Source of the DNA: Nitrospinales bacterium
GTDB lineage: Bacteria > Nitrospinota > Nitrospinia > Nitrospinales > VA-1
Assembly (NCBI GenBank): GCA_965223795.1
Contig: CBDCXL010000002.1
Span: 1,408,001 to 1,472,000 of the forward strand
Direction: 5' to 3'
DNA: 64,000 nt
Below, piece by piece: positions 49,691 through 59,888 of this stretch (position 1 is the first letter of the stretch; every line of letters starts with the position of its first letter). The notes beneath the pieces are model-generated. The model was not told the DNA's origin. It ran no database searches and worked only from the letters and a program-made list of their open reading frames with translations. Both the position numbers and the translations under genes were made by a program.

Positions 49691-49697
49691 GGTTCCC

Positions 49698-50009
49698 TCA
49701 TTTCATCGTTTGTCTGTCTTTTTTCCGTTTCTCGTAATAAAATTTTTTCTGGCATTCGTGGGAGCAGTATTTCGCCGCCTTGTGCCTGGCGTGAAAGGGA
49801 TTGCCGCACTGGCAGCACTGCTTTTCGTGGAATGTGCCGGAACGGGATGGTGCGTTCCCGCCCTGTTTGAAATTTTCGACAAACCGCCTGGCCTTGCGGG
49901 TGGACTTTTGCTTCAGCAGCTTGTCGGCGGATGTGGATTTGATGTCTTTGACATGATGTACTTTTTTTAATTTGCCTTTGCCATCATAGATCCTGCACTC
50001 ATAGGCCAT
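49698..50009 (-). CDS. Small basic protein with a C-terminal zinc finger
   Basis: CCQCGNPF...YCSHEC. Confidence 0.7.
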   Translation of the reverse strand: MAYECRIYDGKGKLKKVHHVKDIKSTSADKLLKQKSTRKARRFVENFKQGGNAPSRSGTFHEKQCCQCGNPFHARHKAAKYCSHECQKKFYYEKRKKDRQTMK

Positions 50010-50174
50010 GTAAGAACCTGTGCCTTCCTCCACGATACGATTGAAAGGAAGAGAATTCGGCTATCCGGTTTTGTATCTTCCGAAGCGCCAGTAGAAAAAA
50101 CCGGAAAGCCACCAGGCGGTTCGCCGAATTCTCTTCCCACCTCCTTGATTCACCCTTCTGTTTTTTGTGATCGA

Positions 50175-50702
50175 TCAGGAATCCGCTTTTTCGTAAATGT
50201 TCCAGTCTTCGTATTTCCCCCGCTCCGCGTTTTTGGGAGAGCTGAAACGGAATATCTTGATCAGGCAGACCGGGCGCGTTCGCTTCGACTCCGGCTCGGC
50301 CGGAAACACGGCGTGCGGACGGATTCTGAGTACGTTGGGCACCTGCTTTTTCAATTTCGGATTGCGCAGGACCAGCTCGATGTATGACCCCGTTTCCGTT
50401 TCCACCGCATTTTGCGTGAAGACAACGGTCGCCGTTTTTTCGTTTGGAAGCCAGAACTCTGCCTGTTCCCCGTCAAACCGGATCGCTTTCGGCGCGGTTT
50501 GCGAATGGCTGCGGGCGGTCCAGCGGCCGGTCAAATCCTGCTGCGGACAGACTTTCCATTCGGCATCGTTCCAGTCGAGCGCATGCGCGGAATGAAATGA
50601 AAGTGGCACGGCGATCAGTCCCCAGAAGGCGATGGCGATCCAATTTCCTCGCCGCTTCGGACTGCGGCTCGCAAGCTTCTGCTCGCTGCTATAAAAATTC
50701 AT
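50175..50702 (-). CDS. Secreted hypothetical protein
   Basis: Signal peptide ending in AHA; coupled to the upstream chelatase. Confidence 0.7.
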   Translation of the reverse strand: MNFYSSEQKLASRSPKRRGNWIAIAFWGLIAVPLSFHSAHALDWNDAEWKVCPQQDLTGRWTARSHSQTAPKAIRFDGEQAEFWLPNEKTATVVFTQNAVETETGSYIELVLRNPKLKKQVPNVLRIRPHAVFPAEPESKRTRPVCLIKIFRFSSPKNAERGKYEDWNIYEKADS

Positions 50703-50712
50703 CTTCCTATCC

Positions 50713-51264
50713 TCACGAACCCGTGTTCTTGAAATGTTCGATGTGGCTCCACAGCAGGACCGCCAGCTTGTTGAGGTCGTATGGCCAGGCGTAGCGGATG
50801 CGCACGTCCGGAAATTTTGTGCGGAGGGCTTCCACTTCCTCCGGAATCTCGATCTCGGAATGCGACCCTCCCGGCGTCAGCATGCTGGTGATCACGATGA
50901 TGTCGGTGACGCCCCCGGCGATCAGGCCCTCGGCGGCCTCGGCAAGGGTGGGCGCACAGAATTCGTTGTAGGCGATCGAAAGCTTGGTGTCTTCCAGGTA
51001 CAGCCGCATGTGGTTGGCCAGACTCTCGAGACCGGCCTGATAGGGATCGGATTCCGCCGTTCGCGGCCACTGGCGGATGGCGCGGTCGGCCTCGATCTCC
51101 TCGGCGCTCGGCGGCAGGCCCCTGGCCCGGCGCTCGCCTTCCAGCCGCTTGAAGCGGGCCACCAGATTCTGAGGGCAGTCCCTGGGAAGCCCGCCATGCC
51201 CGACCAGAATCACCCCGTCTTTTTGTTTCACGTTCACCTCTGAATTTTCGGACACTGCGTCCAA
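50713..51264 (-). CDS. cbiX: Sirohydrochlorin chelatase (CbiX/SirB family)
   Basis: ILVGHG, AYNEFCAPTL, MLTPGGSHSEIEIP; start uncertain. Confidence 0.85.
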   Translation of the reverse strand: MDAVSENSEVNVKQKDGVILVGHGGLPRDCPQNLVARFKRLEGERRARGLPPSAEEIEADRAIRQWPRTAESDPYQAGLESLANHMRLYLEDTKLSIAYNEFCAPTLAEAAEGLIAGGVTDIIVITSMLTPGGSHSEIEIPEEVEALRTKFPDVRIRYAWPYDLNKLAVLLWSHIEHFKNTGS

Positions 51265-51319
51265 TAAGTTCGGAAACTCGAAGCAGTATTCGAGAATAAC
51301 TTAGTCATTTTTTCAAATA

Positions 51320-51339
51320 TTGTCAATATATATTGACAA
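51320..51339. promoter_or_regulatory. Perfect 20-bp palindromic operator containing TTGACA on both strands
   Basis: TTGTCAATATATATTGACAA in the divergent cbiX/merR spacer. Confidence 0.65.
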
Positions 51340-51433
51340 AAAAAATTTTTTGTCTAAACTTTGGGAGTGTGCGCAATCCTTTTTAATAAGGGACGCGCCG
51401 CTTGCAATCAACGCTCTCAACCAAACCATAAAC

Positions 51434-52363
51434 ATGAACGACTCGATTCAGGACAACCAGCTGGCGATCGGCGAGCTGTCGCGGCTGACCGGCATCAGCA
51501 CGCACGCGCTCCGAGTGTGGGAGCGGCGCTACGGTTCTCCCCGTTCGGTGCGGCTGCCTTCCGGACACCGGCGCTACCCGCGCAAAGAGGTGGCGCGTCT
51601 GCGCGCGGTGGCGCGGGCGCTGAAAGCGGGACTGCGGCCGAAAAAAGTGGTCCCCGCCAGTCTGGAAGATCTGGAAAAGCTGCTGCAGATCGCGCCGCTG
51701 TTTTCCAAGGGCGGGCAGGATGCCAACAATCCGGCCGAGGAAGACGCGCAATACCGGCAGACGGTGGTGGACAACTGGATCGAAGGGGTGCACCGCTATT
51801 GCAATCAGACTCTGGACCGGGGATTTCATGAAGAGTGGTCGAAACGCGGCGCCATGAATTTCGTGCAGGACTGCGCCGCGCCATTTGTCCACCGTGTGGG
51901 CCAGGGCTGGGAACAGGGCGAGCTTTCGGTTTCGCAGGAGCACTTCGCGTCGGCGCGGCTCAGCGATTTTCTCGGCTCGATGTGGCGGCGGCTGAGCGAA
52001 CGCAATGAAGGCGACACCTGCGTGCTGGCGGGTCTGCCGGGAGAGCCGCACAGCCTGGGGCTGGCGATGGCCGCGGTCATCACGGCGGTAACGGGACGCA
52101 AGATCGTCTATCTGGGTGCGAACACGCCGGTTGAAGAAATCATCGATTCCGCCAAAGCCTGCGACGCGAAGATCGTGTGCGTCAGCATTTCCGTGATCTA
52201 CGCCGCGGAGGAGGCCCGCCGTGCGCTGCGCGCGATCCGCAAAGCGCTCGCCCCTTCCATCCGCATGGTGGCCGGAGGCAAAGGCGCACCCGGCGATGTC
52301 CCCGGCGTGGCGGTGCTCGGCAGCATGAGTGCTTACTACGACTGGCTGCAAAAATCGGAGTGA
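51434..52363 (+). CDS. MerR-family regulator with a cobalamin-binding domain (CarH/LitR-like)
   Basis: LRVWERRYG..P.R..SGHRRY; W-x9-EH (WEQGELSVSQEH); EPHSLG; YLGANTP. Confidence 0.9.
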   Translation: MNDSIQDNQLAIGELSRLTGISTHALRVWERRYGSPRSVRLPSGHRRYPRKEVARLRAVARALKAGLRPKKVVPASLEDLEKLLQIAPLFSKGGQDANNPAEEDAQYRQTVVDNWIEGVHRYCNQTLDRGFHEEWSKRGAMNFVQDCAAPFVHRVGQGWEQGELSVSQEHFASARLSDFLGSMWRRLSERNEGDTCVLAGLPGEPHSLGLAMAAVITAVTGRKIVYLGANTPVEEIIDSAKACDAKIVCVSISVIYAAEEARRALRAIRKALAPSIRMVAGGKGAPGDVPGVAVLGSMSAYYDWLQKSE

Positions 52364-52424
52364 CTCTTGTTGACACCGCAATGGGGCACGCAACGTTATA
52401 AAAATTTTTTTTTCAGGTGACACG

Positions 52425-52985
52425 ATGATGAAATGCAGAATGAAAATACGATCTTATTTTATGCTGGCGGCGCTGATCCTTTGTTTATGTTTTGTGGACG
52501 CGGCGCACAGCCTCAGCCGCGATGCACTCAAAGTGGGGCAACCGCTGCCCAACGCGACGCTTAAGCAGGACGGTAAACCGCAGGTCGAATTGAACGATCT
52601 TAAAGGCAGGGTGAAAATCATCAGCGTCGTGCCGCAGCTCAACACGCCGGTGTGCGACGCGCAGACCCACAAGCTGAGCGAGGAAAACGGCGGGCTGGAC
52701 CAACGGCTGGACATCGTGACCATCAGCACGAACAGCGCCGGGGACCAGTCGCGGTTCGCGGAAAAAGCCAACATCCACAACATCCTGTTTCTTTCGGACG
52801 CGCCGGATTACGATTTCGGCAGCAAGACCGGCCTGCTCAACACGAGCTTTCACTTTCTCAACCGCACGGTGCTGGTGGTGGACGCGGACAACATCATCCG
52901 CTATGTCGACTTCGTTCCGGGCGGCGGCATGCCCAATATCAAAAAAGCGCTGAAAGCCGCGAAACAGGTGCTGGAAAACAGTTAG
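52425..52985 (+). CDS. Exported thiol-peroxidase (Tpx)-like redoxin
   Basis: Signal peptide; SVVPQLNTPVCDAQT; RTVLVVD. Confidence 0.8.
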   Translation: MMKCRMKIRSYFMLAALILCLCFVDAAHSLSRDALKVGQPLPNATLKQDGKPQVELNDLKGRVKIISVVPQLNTPVCDAQTHKLSEENGGLDQRLDIVTISTNSAGDQSRFAEKANIHNILFLSDAPDYDFGSKTGLLNTSFHFLNRTVLVVDADNIIRYVDFVPGGGMPNIKKALKAAKQVLENS

Positions 52986-53020
52986 CCCGGCGCAAACCAC
53001 ATCCGCGGCGTGGATGCGGT

Positions 53021-54256
53021 TCAGCCTTTCACGCACACCACCTGGCGCAGGGTGTGGACGATGTCCACCAGGTCCTTCTGCGCGTCCATGACGGCGTCGA
53101 TGGATTTGTAGGCGGCGGGCGTTTCGTCGATCACGTCGCGGTCCTTGCGGCATTCGACTCCCTGTGTCGCCTGGATGTGGTCCTCCAGCGAGAATTTTTT
53201 GCGCGCCGCCGTGCGCGAGAGCACGCGGCCGGCGCCGTGGCTGCAGCTTTCAAAGCTTTCCGGATTGCCGCGGCCGCGCACGATGAACGACTTCGCCCCC
53301 ATGCTGCCGGGGATGATGCCGAGCTCGCCCCTGCCCGCGCGCACCGCGCCTTTGCGCGTGACGAACACGTCCTCGCCGAAATGCCGTTCCCGCGTCACGT
53401 AATTGTGGTGGCAGTTCACCGCCTGCACCCGCGCCTCGAACGGCGGGATCCCGCGCGCCTGTCCCAATGCGCCGCACACCGCGCGCATCATGAACTCGCG
53501 GTTCACGCGGGCGAAATTCTGCGCCCACTCCACCGCCTCGACGTAGTCTGTGAAATGCTCGCTCCCTTCTGAAAAATAGGCCAGATCCTTATCCGGTAAA
53601 TTGCTCAGCCAGCGTCTGGCGTCTTTTTTGGCAAGCTCGATGAAGTAGGTGCCGATGCGGTTGCCGATGCCGCGCGAGCCGCTGTGCAGCATGCACCACA
53701 CGCGGCCGGCTTCGTCGAGGCACACTTCGATGAAGTGGTTGCCGCTGCCCAGCGTGCCCAGGTGGTTGACGTGGTTGGTGCGCCTGCCGATCACGTTCGG
53801 GTGCCGGCCGGTGATGCCGTCGAGTCCGCTCTTCAGGCTCTGCCAGGCGATCAACTGCGGTTCGGGCACCTCGCCCCAGGCGCCGCGGTCGCCGGGACCG
53901 CCCTGATGCGTCCTGCCGTGCGGGACGGCCTGTTCGATGCGGGTGCGGACCTCGTGCAGGTTGTCGGGCAGGTCGCTGCCTTTCAGCGTGGTCTGCACCG
54001 CCATCATGCCGCAGCCGATGTCCACGCCGACGGCGGCGGGGATGATCGCCCCTTTGGTCGGGATCACGCTGCCCACGGTGGCGCCGATGCCCACGTGCAC
54101 GTCGGGCATGACGGCGATGTGGCTGTGGATGAAGGGCAGGCGCGCCGCGTTTTTAAGCTGCTTTTCCGCCTTGGGGTCCACGGGTACGCCGCGCGTCCAG
54201 GCCTTGATGGGCGCGCTGCCTTCCGAGGTAGTGGTTTCATACGCCGTTTCGGCCAC
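53021..54256 (-). CDS. rtcB: RNA 2',3'-cyclic phosphate-5'-OH ligase RtcB
   Basis: MPDVH, VGVDIGCG, GSGNHF, LHSGSRG, HHNY, SHGAGR, DETPAAYK. Confidence 0.96.
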   Translation of the reverse strand: MAETAYETTTSEGSAPIKAWTRGVPVDPKAEKQLKNAARLPFIHSHIAVMPDVHVGIGATVGSVIPTKGAIIPAAVGVDIGCGMMAVQTTLKGSDLPDNLHEVRTRIEQAVPHGRTHQGGPGDRGAWGEVPEPQLIAWQSLKSGLDGITGRHPNVIGRRTNHVNHLGTLGSGNHFIEVCLDEAGRVWCMLHSGSRGIGNRIGTYFIELAKKDARRWLSNLPDKDLAYFSEGSEHFTDYVEAVEWAQNFARVNREFMMRAVCGALGQARGIPPFEARVQAVNCHHNYVTRERHFGEDVFVTRKGAVRAGRGELGIIPGSMGAKSFIVRGRGNPESFESCSHGAGRVLSRTAARKKFSLEDHIQATQGVECRKDRDVIDETPAAYKSIDAVMDAQKDLVDIVHTLRQVVCVKG

Positions 54257-54475
54257 ATGCCACTCCAGGAAAAATTGATCAGTTGCGGGTTTCCCCCCAG
54301 TTTAAAGGACTGTGGCTCCCAGTCGACATTTTATTTTACTTTTTCGTCCCGCTCAGACAGGAACCGCAAGTCCGAATGCGCCGTGGAATGGGTGTTTGGG
54401 GATTGCGGATTGAGTGTTAAAATTCGGAAAGGCATTCCCCGGTTTTTCCCGATTTCTTAACCGATTCCATCTCCC

Positions 54476-57400
54476 ATGCAGCCGAACCAAAGCCACCTGC
54501 TCAAGACCCGGCGCTTCCTGCCGTTGTTTCTCACGCAGTTTCTCGGTGCGTTCAACGACAACGTCTACAAAAACGCGCTGGTCATCCTCATCACCTATTC
54601 GGTGGCGGAAAAGGCCGGGCTCAACGCACAGGTGCTGGTGACGCTGGCGGCGGGGATCTTCATCCTGCCGTTCTTCCTGTTCTCGGCCACGGCGGGGCAG
54701 CTTGCGGACAAGCACGACAAGGCGAAGCTCATCCGCATCATCAAGGCGGTGGAGATCGTGCTCATGCTCGCGGCGGCGGTGGGGTTTTATCTGCAAAGCG
54801 TCGCCTTCCTGATGACGGTGCTGTTCCTCATGGGCACGCAGTCGTCGTTCTTCGGCCCGATCAAATACGGCATCCTGCCGGATCAGCTGCACGAGGACGA
54901 GTTGATCGGCGGCAACGCGCTCATCGAGGCGGGCACCTTCGTCGCCATTCTGATCGGCACCATCTTAGGCGGCCTTTTGATCCTCGCGGAAGGCGGCATC
55001 ACCTGGGTCTCGGGCATGGTGATCGGCGTCGCCGTCATTGGCTGGATCTCCAGCCTCTCGATCCCGTCCACCGGTGCTGCGGCCCCGGACATCACGGTGC
55101 GCTACAACGTGTTCACCGAGACCTACAAAATCATCGGGCACATCCGCGAAAACAAGGTGGTGTTCCGCTCGATCCTCGGCATCTCCTGGTTCTGGCTGTT
55201 CGGCGCGTCCTTCCTGTCGCAGTTTCCCACCTACGGCAAGGACGTGATCGGCGGCAACGAACAGGTGGTCACGCTGTTTCTCACCGTGTTCTCCATCGGC
55301 ATCGGCGTCGGCTCGCTGTTGTGCAACAAGCTGCTCAAGGGCGAGATCGCCGCGACCTACGTGCCGCTGGGCGTGCTGGGGATGACGCTGTTCACGGTGG
55401 ATCTTTATTTTGCCAGCAGCCATTCCGTCACTGCCAGCGGCGGCGAGCTGATGGGGGTGTCGGCGTTTCTGGGAGCGTTTTCGAGCTGGCGGGTGCTGTT
55501 CGACCTGTTCGGCATCTCGGTGTGCGGCGGCATCTACATCGTGCCACTGTACTCGCTGATGCAGAGCCGCTCGGAAAAGGAATACCGCTCGCGCACCATC
55601 GCCGGCAACAACGTGATGAACGCATTGTTCATGGTGGTGTCGGCGCTGTGGATCACCTGGATGCTGACCCGGGACTTCACGGTGACGGAGGTGTTTCTAA
55701 CGCTGGCCGTCGTCAACGGCCTGGTTTCGATCTACATCTGCAGCCTGCTGCCGGATGCGCTGGTGAAATCGCTGCTCACCTGGGTCTTCCATACGCTGTA
55801 CCGGCTTGAGGTGCGCGGCGCGGAGCACATCAAACAGTCGGACGCCAAAACCATCTACGTCGCCAATCACCTGTCGTTCCTCGATGCGGCGCTGCTCGCG
55901 TCCAGCATTCCGGACCGGCTGACCTTCGCCATCAACACGCAGATGGCGAAGCAGTGGTGGGTGCGTCCGTTCTTGTCGCTGGCGGACACGTTCGCGCTCG
56001 ACCCGACCAATCCCATGTCCACGCGTTCCTTGATCGAAGCCATCCGCAAGGGCAGCAAGGTGGTGATTTTTCCGGAGGGCCGCCTCACGGTGACGGGGTC
56101 GCTGATGAAGGTGTATGAGGGGCCGGGCATGATCGCCGACAAGTCGGGCGCGCGGCTGCAGCCTGTGGCGATCGCGGGCGCGCAGTACACGCCGTTCTCC
56201 CGGCTCAAGGGCAAGGTGCGCACGCGCTGGTTCCCAAAAATCACGCTCACTTTCATGGAGCCTGTGACCTTCGAGCTGCCGGAGGATCTGAAGGGCCGGG
56301 CGCGGCGGCGGGCGGCGGGCGCGCGCCTGTACGACGTGATGACCGACATGCTGTTTCACAGCCACGACCTCAACCAGACTTTGTTTCAGTCGCTGCTCGA
56401 CGCGCAATCGGTGCACGGCGGCAACCACCTCGCCGCCGAGGACATCGAGCGCAAACCGCTTTCCTACCGGCAGTTCGTGATGCGCAGCTTCATCCTCGGC
56501 GGCGCGTTCGCGAAATTCACAAAGAACGGCGAAACGGTGGGGATGCTGCTGCCCAATATGGTGAGCACGCTGTTCGGTTTTTTCGGACTGCAGGCGTTCG
56601 GGCGGGTTCCGGCCATGCTCAATTTTTCCACCGGCAAACAGAACCTGCTTTCCGCTTGCAGGACGGCGGCGGTGCGTACGGTGATCACCTCGCGCCGGTT
56701 CGTGGACATGGCCAATTTGAGCGAAGCGGCGGCGGCGATGCAGAACGCGGGCGTCACGCTGGTGTACCTGGAGGATCTGCGCGATGCGGTCTCCGGCTGG
56801 GACAAGTTCAAGGGACTGCTGGCGTCGCGCGCGCCGCGGTTGTATTACCGGCGGCAGGATAAGCTTCGCGATGCGCTGGCGCCGGCCGTGGTGCTGTTCA
56901 CCTCCGGTTCGGAAGGCACGCCCAAAGGCGTGGTGCTGAGCCATAAAAACATCCAGGCGAACCGGTATCAGGTGGCGTCGCGGGTGGACTTCGGGCCGCT
57001 GGACATCGTGTTCAACGCACTGCCGGTGTTCCATTCCTTCGGCCTCACCGGCGGCACGCTGCTGCCGCTGCTTTCCGGCATGAAGACGTTCTTCTATCCC
57101 TCGCCGCTGCACTACCGCATCGTGCCGGAGCTGGTGTACGACACCAACGCGACGATCCTGTTCGGCACCGACACGTTTCTCACCGGCTACGCGCGCTACG
57201 CGCACCCGTACGATTTTTACAGCATCCGCTACGTGTTCGCGGGAGCGGAAAAACTCAAGGAATCGACGCGCGCGACCTGGTCGGAGAAATTCGGCGTGCG
57301 CATCTTCGAGGGCTATGGCGCCACCGAGACCGCGCCGGTGCTGGCGATGAACACGCCGATGCAGAACAAACCCGGTTCGGTGGGGCGGCTGATGCCGGGC

Positions 57401-57916
57401 ATCGAATACCTGTTGAAAGACGTGCCCGGCATCGAGTCGGGCGGGCGGCTGTGGGTGTCGGGGCCGAACGTGATGAAGGGTTATTTTCTCAGCGACGCAC
57501 CGGGAAAACTGGCGCCGCCGGAAGGCGGCTGGTACGACACGGGCGACATCGTGGAGGTGGACGCAGACGGCTACGTCACGATCAAGGGCCGGGCCAAGCG
57601 CTTCGCCAAGGTGGGCGGGGAGATGGTGTCCCTGACCGCGGTGGAAGGGTTCGTCAACAAGGTGTGGCCGGGGTACGAGCACGCGGTGGTGACGCTGCCG
57701 GACGCGAAGAAGGGCGAGCAGCTGGTGCTGGTCACCAGTTGCAAGGAAGCGTCGCGCGAACCGCTGGTGCAGTACGTCAAGCAGAACGGCATCGGCGAGC
57801 TGTCTCTGCCCAAAAATATTTTAGTGACCGACAAACTCCCGGTTCTGGGAACGGGCAAGACCGACTACGTGGCGCTCACCGACTGGGTCAAAAAAGAAAC
57901 GGCAACACCGGATTGA
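54476..57916 (+). CDS. aas: LplT-like MFS, 2-acyl-GPE acyltransferase and acyl-ACP synthetase fusion
   Basis: QFLGAFNDN MFS; NHLSFLD and FPEGR; FTSGSEGTPKG, EGYGATE, WYDTGD. Confidence 0.93.
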   Translation: MQPNQSHLLKTRRFLPLFLTQFLGAFNDNVYKNALVILITYSVAEKAGLNAQVLVTLAAGIFILPFFLFSATAGQLADKHDKAKLIRIIKAVEIVLMLAAAVGFYLQSVAFLMTVLFLMGTQSSFFGPIKYGILPDQLHEDELIGGNALIEAGTFVAILIGTILGGLLILAEGGITWVSGMVIGVAVIGWISSLSIPSTGAAAPDITVRYNVFTETYKIIGHIRENKVVFRSILGISWFWLFGASFLSQFPTYGKDVIGGNEQVVTLFLTVFSIGIGVGSLLCNKLLKGEIAATYVPLGVLGMTLFTVDLYFASSHSVTASGGELMGVSAFLGAFSSWRVLFDLFGISVCGGIYIVPLYSLMQSRSEKEYRSRTIAGNNVMNALFMVVSALWITWMLTRDFTVTEVFLTLAVVNGLVSIYICSLLPDALVKSLLTWVFHTLYRLEVRGAEHIKQSDAKTIYVANHLSFLDAALLASSIPDRLTFAINTQMAKQWWVRPFLSLADTFALDPTNPMSTRSLIEAIRKGSKVVIFPEGRLTVTGSLMKVYEGPGMIADKSGARLQPVAIAGAQYTPFSRLKGKVRTRWFPKITLTFMEPVTFELPEDLKGRARRRAAGARLYDVMTDMLFHSHDLNQTLFQSLLDAQSVHGGNHLAAEDIERKPLSYRQFVMRSFILGGAFAKFTKNGETVGMLLPNMVSTLFGFFGLQAFGRVPAMLNFSTGKQNLLSACRTAAVRTVITSRRFVDMANLSEAAAAMQNAGVTLVYLEDLRDAVSGWDKFKGLLASRAPRLYYRRQDKLRDALAPAVVLFTSGSEGTPKGVVLSHKNIQANRYQVASRVDFGPLDIVFNALPVFHSFGLTGGTLLPLLSGMKTFFYPSPLHYRIVPELVYDTNATILFGTDTFLTGYARYAHPYDFYSIRYVFAGAEKLKESTRATWSEKFGVRIFEGYGATETAPVLAMNTPMQNKPGSVGRLMPGIEYLLKDVPGIESGGRLWVSGPNVMKGYFLSDAPGKLAPPEGGWYDTGDIVEVDADGYVTIKGRAKRFAKVGGEMVSLTAVEGFVNKVWPGYEHAVVTLPDAKKGEQLVLVTSCKEASREPLVQYVKQNGIGELSLPKNILVTDKLPVLGTGKTDYVALTDWVKKETATPD

Positions 57917-57930
57917 CGGCGGCGCGGCGG

Positions 57931-58748
57931 TCATTCGTGTTTGAATTTGCCTTCCTTTAAAAAATGCAGAACCTGCGCGATGGCTGCGTCGTTTTTCATG
58001 ATGAAGGTGTGGGTCGCGTGCAGCACGATGTGGTCTTGCATGCCTTCCAGCTTGGTGCGCTCGACGGACACGTGATTTGAAACACTATGGAATCGATTTT
58101 TTCCCTACTTGCAGGATCTGCGCGATGGCTGCCGTCGTCGGTGCCGGGAATGAGATAAGACCCCAAAGGATCGATGGACCGGTCGCCCGCGATCACGCCC
58201 AGCTCAAAATCGACGCCCCCCAGAATCGACTGCAGTTCCTGCTGATCGGTGCCCAGCTCCTGTCCGGCGGGGCCGTAAAATTTTTTAAACAGAAAATTAT
58301 CCTTTAAAAAATCCGCCATCTCGCTGCCGCGGTTGGGCGGGCTCAGCATGACGACCCGGCCCAGATTCTGCGGCCGGTGTTTCCGGATGAGTCCCCGCGC
58401 CACAAGACCGCCCATCGAGTAGGTCACCACGTGCAGCGGCCGATCCCGGTTCTGATTGAACTTTGAAATCTGCGGCTGGATTTTTTCCACGATCTCAGCA
58501 AGGGAAAGGTCGGTGGAAGGGTAGTCCACGTTGAGGACGCGGTAGCCTGCATCGGTGAGCGCGTGTTCGATCTTCTCCATCGACGCGCTGCTGCGGGCGA
58601 TGCCGTGCAGCAAAACCACCGACTCCGCCGCCTGCGCTTTCGTCCCCGCACCGAACAGACCGCCCAGCAGAAAAAAAAGTGCGAGCGCGCCACCCAACGT
58701 GCCTGGAATTTTCAAGTTCACAGTCTCTACCGGACCATGCCGTTTCAT
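57931..58748 (-). pseudogene. Secreted alpha/beta hydrolase (lipase-like) frameshifted by a 56-bp insertion
   Basis: VVLLHG, TYSMGG, PPNRGS, DDG; the C-terminus [18 protein letters not shown]..KFKHE resumes in another frame at 58074. Confidence 0.75.
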
Positions 58749-59548
58749 TCTTTTTTATTTTTCTTTAACAGCTCAAGAGCGGCGGGAAAGATCCGTTCCA
58801 CCCAGAGCGCGTACTGCCTGCCCGAAGGGTGCAGGTCGTCCGCCGCGAACATGCCGGGCTGCGTGCACAATTTTTGCGACAAGTCGAAGATATCCGCAAC
58901 CGGCCAGCCCCGTGCAGAGGCTTCGGATTTGAGGATGCGGTTCAAGCGGGTCATGCCGTTGGGCGCGCTTTTGCCGTAGCCCCATTTTTTTCCTGAGGGC
59001 GAGCAGGAGAAATCGGGGATGGTGACGAGCAGAATCGTTCCCGATGGCGTGAGGGATTTCTCGATGCGATCGAGGAGCCGCTGGACATTCCGGGTGAACA
59101 GGCGGCTGGGAGCGCCGCCGCGAATCCAGTCGTTGACGCCGACGAGCAGGGTGACGAAATCGGGTTTTTCGTTTTTGAGCAGCGGCGTCTGTTCTTTCAG
59201 GACCTGACGGGCGGTCCAGCCGTTCTGCCCCAGGTTGGCGGCGAGCTCGATGTCGATCCCCGCCTGCCTGAGCTTTTCGGTCAGCAGGGAAGGCCAGGTT
59301 TCCTGCGCCGCGACGCCGGTGCCGGTGGTGTAGGAATCGCCGAGCGCCACGTAACGGAGGGGAGCCGCCTGCACGTGGGCCGTGTGAATGCAGAAAATAA
59401 GGACGGCAATCAGGATGCGCAGGAGTTTACGGCTACCGGCAAGGCACACGATGCTGGACACGCCGTTCAACACGGGCAGGCTGTGATGGGGAGAGAAACG
59501 ATCATTCCCGTTTTCACGCGATGGACTCTCCCAGTTCGTCTTCTTCAA
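58745..59548 (-). CDS. SGNH/GDSL hydrolase
   Basis: ALGDSYT, GVND, DDLHP; start uncertain. Confidence 0.9.
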   Translation of the reverse strand: MKKTNWESPSRENGNDRFSPHHSLPVLNGVSSIVCLAGSRKLLRILIAVLIFCIHTAHVQAAPLRYVALGDSYTTGTGVAAQETWPSLLTEKLRQAGIDIELAANLGQNGWTARQVLKEQTPLLKNEKPDFVTLLVGVNDWIRGGAPSRLFTRNVQRLLDRIEKSLTPSGTILLVTIPDFSCSPSGKKWGYGKSAPNGMTRLNRILKSEASARGWPVADIFDLSQKLCTQPGMFAADDLHPSGRQYALWVERIFPAALELLKKNKKE

Positions 59549-59888
59549 ACAATTCGGTCATCATGTCCTGGGTGGATGTCTCGGTGTGTTTTTTCTCGAC
59601 CCCGTCCAGGTACAGGTTGATCCGCTTGAGCTGGTCCTCTGAAATATTGCAGAAGTTGAGGCGGCTCATCAGGGTTTCCTTGTCGTGGCGCTGCAGCAGT
59701 TTCCCCAGGCTGGCGTGCATGAATGGAATCAAAATTGTCTGCACACCGGTGAAGTCCAGTTCCACGGAGGTGTGCTTCTGCAACCGTTCCTGCAACAGCG
59801 CGTGCAGCTGGTTGCCGTCGTCGATGGATTCCAGTTGTTCGCCGATTTTCTTTGCTAAATAAATGCGCGGATTCTCATCCTTGCTCAT
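59514..59888 (-). CDS. STAS-like (DUF4325-type) protein
   Basis: VELDFTGVQTI..PFMHASLGKL; GGAGG RBS. Confidence 0.72.
   Translation of the reverse strand: MSKDENPRIYLAKKIGEQLESIDDGNQLHALLQERLQKHTSVELDFTGVQTILIPFMHASLGKLLQRHDKETLMSRLNFCNISEDQLKRINLYLDGVEKKHTETSTQDMMTELFEEDELGESIA

Noticed and set aside
53021..54256. rtcB as part of an Rtc or Ro/Y-RNA repair operon
   Set aside because: No rtcA, rtcR, TROVE, prfH or tRNA-like element adjacent. It appears to stand alone.
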